Part shown: in pieces, positions 62,547 to 64,000 of the stretch
Position numbering within the stretch: position 1 is the first letter of the stretch
How the letters are laid out: every line of letters begins with the position of its first letter
Source: a virus
Lineage: Duplodnaviria; Caudoviricetes
Strand: one strand, 5' to 3'
DNA length: 64,000 nucleotides
Virus record (IMG/VR): IMGVR_UViG_3300005546_000011
Location: 6,988 to 70,987 of that record
Program-made: the position numbers and the translations under genes
Notes under the pieces: model-generated
The model's database searches: none
Told to the model about the DNA's origin: nothing
Seen by the model: the letters and a program-made list of their open reading frames with translations, nothing else

Positions 62547-63350
62547 ATGACAAGGGACGAAGCTCTAAAACTACTGAGAAGGCCCATCGCCTTTCATAGG
62601 ATATTTGCGACTATTTCGGGATCGCTACAAGCCGGGGTGATGCTCTCCCAGGCGTGGTATTGGAAGGACCACACTGATGATGGTTGGTTCTGGAAAACCA
62701 GGGAGCAATGGTGGTCGGAGACGTGCCTCACGCGCTTCGAGCAGGAGACCGCGCGGCGAGCTCTGAGGGACAAGGGTTTTATGGAGGAAGACCTGAGGGG
62801 CATGCCGGCGAAGACCTATTTCAGAATCAACATCGACGCCGTGCTGGACGCGATCAGTCGCGAGGTCTCCAGTCGACCAGACGGCCACCCTGTTGGCGGC
62901 GAAATGACCAACAAGGTGGCGGCGAAACAGCCAGCAGGCAGGCGGCGGCGGAATGACCAGCAAGGTGGCGGCGAAATGGCCAACATGGCGGCGGCGAAAT
63001 CGCCAGCCATCATTCCAGAGACTACTTCAGAGACTACTTCAGAGACTACACGCACCGCGCGCGCGCGGGTATCCCGATTCGACCTTGCGACCTGCGAGCG
63101 GTACGCGCGTACGCTTCGCGGTCTTCGGAGCCCGGACGGTTACGCAAAGACGATTTGGCGCTCGGGTGACGACGACGACAAGATTGCCGCGTGGGTCGCC
63201 AGTGGCGCACAGCGGCTGGCGGCCTCGGGCGAGGAGGGTGCAATCGCACGCACGGCGGCGGCGGAGGGCCGGCCCGTCGAGGAGGTCGCCGAGGAATTCG
63301 CGCAGCTGAGACGGGAGATTGCAGGCTGGCAAGGGAGGGAGAATGGCTGA
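62547..63350 (+). CDS. Phage replication initiator (lambda O-like position)
   Basis: RPIAF...AGVMLSQAWYW...GWFWKTREQWWSETCLTRFEQETARRAL...PAKTYFRIN; internal iterons. Confidence 0.8.
   Translation: MTRDEALKLLRRPIAFHRIFATISGSLQAGVMLSQAWYWKDHTDDGWFWKTREQWWSETCLTRFEQETARRALRDKGFMEEDLRGMPAKTYFRINIDAVLDAISREVSSRPDGHPVGGEMTNKVAAKQPAGRRRRNDQQGGGEMANMAAAKSPAIIPETTSETTSETTRTARARVSRFDLATCERYARTLRGLRSPDGYAKTIWRSGDDDDKIAAWVASGAQRLAASGEEGAIARTAAAEGRPVEEVAEEFAQLRREIAGWQGRENG
62894..63049 (+). repeat. Iteron-like repeats (putative origin)
   Basis: GGCGGCG(A/G)AA at 62895, 62918, 62944, 62967 and 62990; CAGAGACTAC(TT) x3 at 63016-63049. Confidence 0.65.
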
Positions 63351-64000
63351 CGAGAGGATACCAGTTCATCAATGGACGGACGGTAGCGGCGATGTGTTGA
63401 TCCTTCGCTTTGTCGCTCACGACGGCAGTTCGTGGAAGGGCTTTAAGAGTCCGGTAGTGGTTGGAGAGACCCTGACCGCGCCTGACGCCTGGGACACGGC
63501 CTGGGGTGAGCAGCCAGAGGAATGGCGCGGGGGCTGGATTGCCGACAAACGGTGCGGCGGCGGCATTCATGGCTGGCCCTGGGGTATTGGCATCGGCGAC
63601 GGCAAGGAACCCGAGTGGGACGCTTTATGGCAAGTTTACGCTGTCAAACCCGAAGACATCGTGGCGGATGTCGGTGATGGTCCGAAATGTAAGTTCCGCT
63701 CCGGAGTGTTGCGATACTCCGGGGACTGGCACGGCGCGGCGATGTTCATTATGTCCGGGCAGATGGCCTGGACATTCCACAACTCCAGTGGCAGCGCGTC
63801 GAACAGCGGCGACAGGGGCAGCGCGTCGAACAGCGGCTCCAGGGGCAGCGCGTCGAACAGCGGCGACAGGGGCAGCGCGTCGAACAGCGGCTCCAGGGGC
63901 AGCGCGTCGAACAGCGGCTACAGGGGCAGCGCGTCGAACAGCGGCTCCAGGGGCAGCGCGTCGAACAGCGGCTACAGGGGCAGCGCGTCGAACAGCGGCG
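63343..64000 (+). CDS. Truncated protein with GSASNSG[D/S/Y]R solenoid repeats
   Basis: GGGAGG SD; N-terminal CGGGIHGWPWG...KCKFRSG domain, then 9-aa repeats; runs off the window. Confidence 0.75.
   Translation, partial: MADERIPVHQWTDGSGDVLILRFVAHDGSSWKGFKSPVVVGETLTAPDAWDTAWGEQPEEWRGGWIADKRCGGGIHGWPWGIGIGDGKEPEWDALWQVYAVKPEDIVADVGDGPKCKFRSGVLRYSGDWHGAAMFIMSGQMAWTFHNSSGSASNSGDRGSASNSGSRGSASNSGDRGSASNSGSRGSASNSGYRGSASNSGSRGSASNSGYRGSASNSG
63790..64000 (+). repeat. 27-bp coding tandem repeat, about 7.8 units
   Basis: GGCAGCGCGTCGAACAGCGGC-NNN-AGG with NNN = GAC, TCC, GAC, TCC, TAC, TCC, TAC. Confidence 0.95.

Noticed and set aside
63790-64000. CRISPR array
   Set aside because: Units are contiguous 27-bp repeats with only a 3-nt variable codon, in frame within a CDS; there are no unique spacers and no cas genes
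1-64000. HIP1-like over-representation of CGATCG/GCGATCGC
   Set aside because: It looks frequent by eye but cannot be separated from the high-GC, CpG-rich background without counting

Overview
The whole window is one GC-rich temperate phage genome segment. It appears to be in the excised (attP-intact) state, because phage genes flank both sides of a tRNA-Thr 3'-half core next to the integrase. Gene order: PRTRC-type ThiF/E1 gene; small early ORFs; signal-peptide-bearing tailspike-like gene; holin-like genes and a response-regulator receiver gene; terS, terL, portal, second fibre gene (GH43-like), scaffold, major capsid; adaptor, nozzle and tail genes (no tape measure, tube or sheath seen, so podovirus-like); lysis-like membrane genes; ejection-protein-like genes. 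These end in a 3923-aa polyvalent protein (SLT, Acb1-like 2H phosphoesterase, N6-adenine methyltransferase, strawberry-notch helicase). Then come a tyrosine integrase and attP, an immunity region (membrane/secreted proteins, a TPR protein paired with a Cys-rich secreted protein, CI, Cro, Xis-like), and recombination and replication genes with iterons, ending in a truncated gene with 27-bp repeats. The most unusual signals are: (1) small genes with their own SD sites overprinted in the +1 frame inside linkers of the giant gene; (2) an Acb1-like domain in a probably virion-delivered protein; (3) eight promoter-like TTGAC(G/C/A)-N7-TA(C/A)(A/G)(C/A)T motifs with 7-nt rather than 17-nt spacing; (4) seven dispersed copies of the palindrome CCGCAAWTTGCGG; (5) a TPR/secreted Cys-rich pair beside CI; (6) several virion-like proteins with Sec-type signal peptides. 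All family assignments come from motif recognition by eye; no database search was run. The host is unknown (Acidobacteria/Blastocatellia is a weak guess from recalled protein families).
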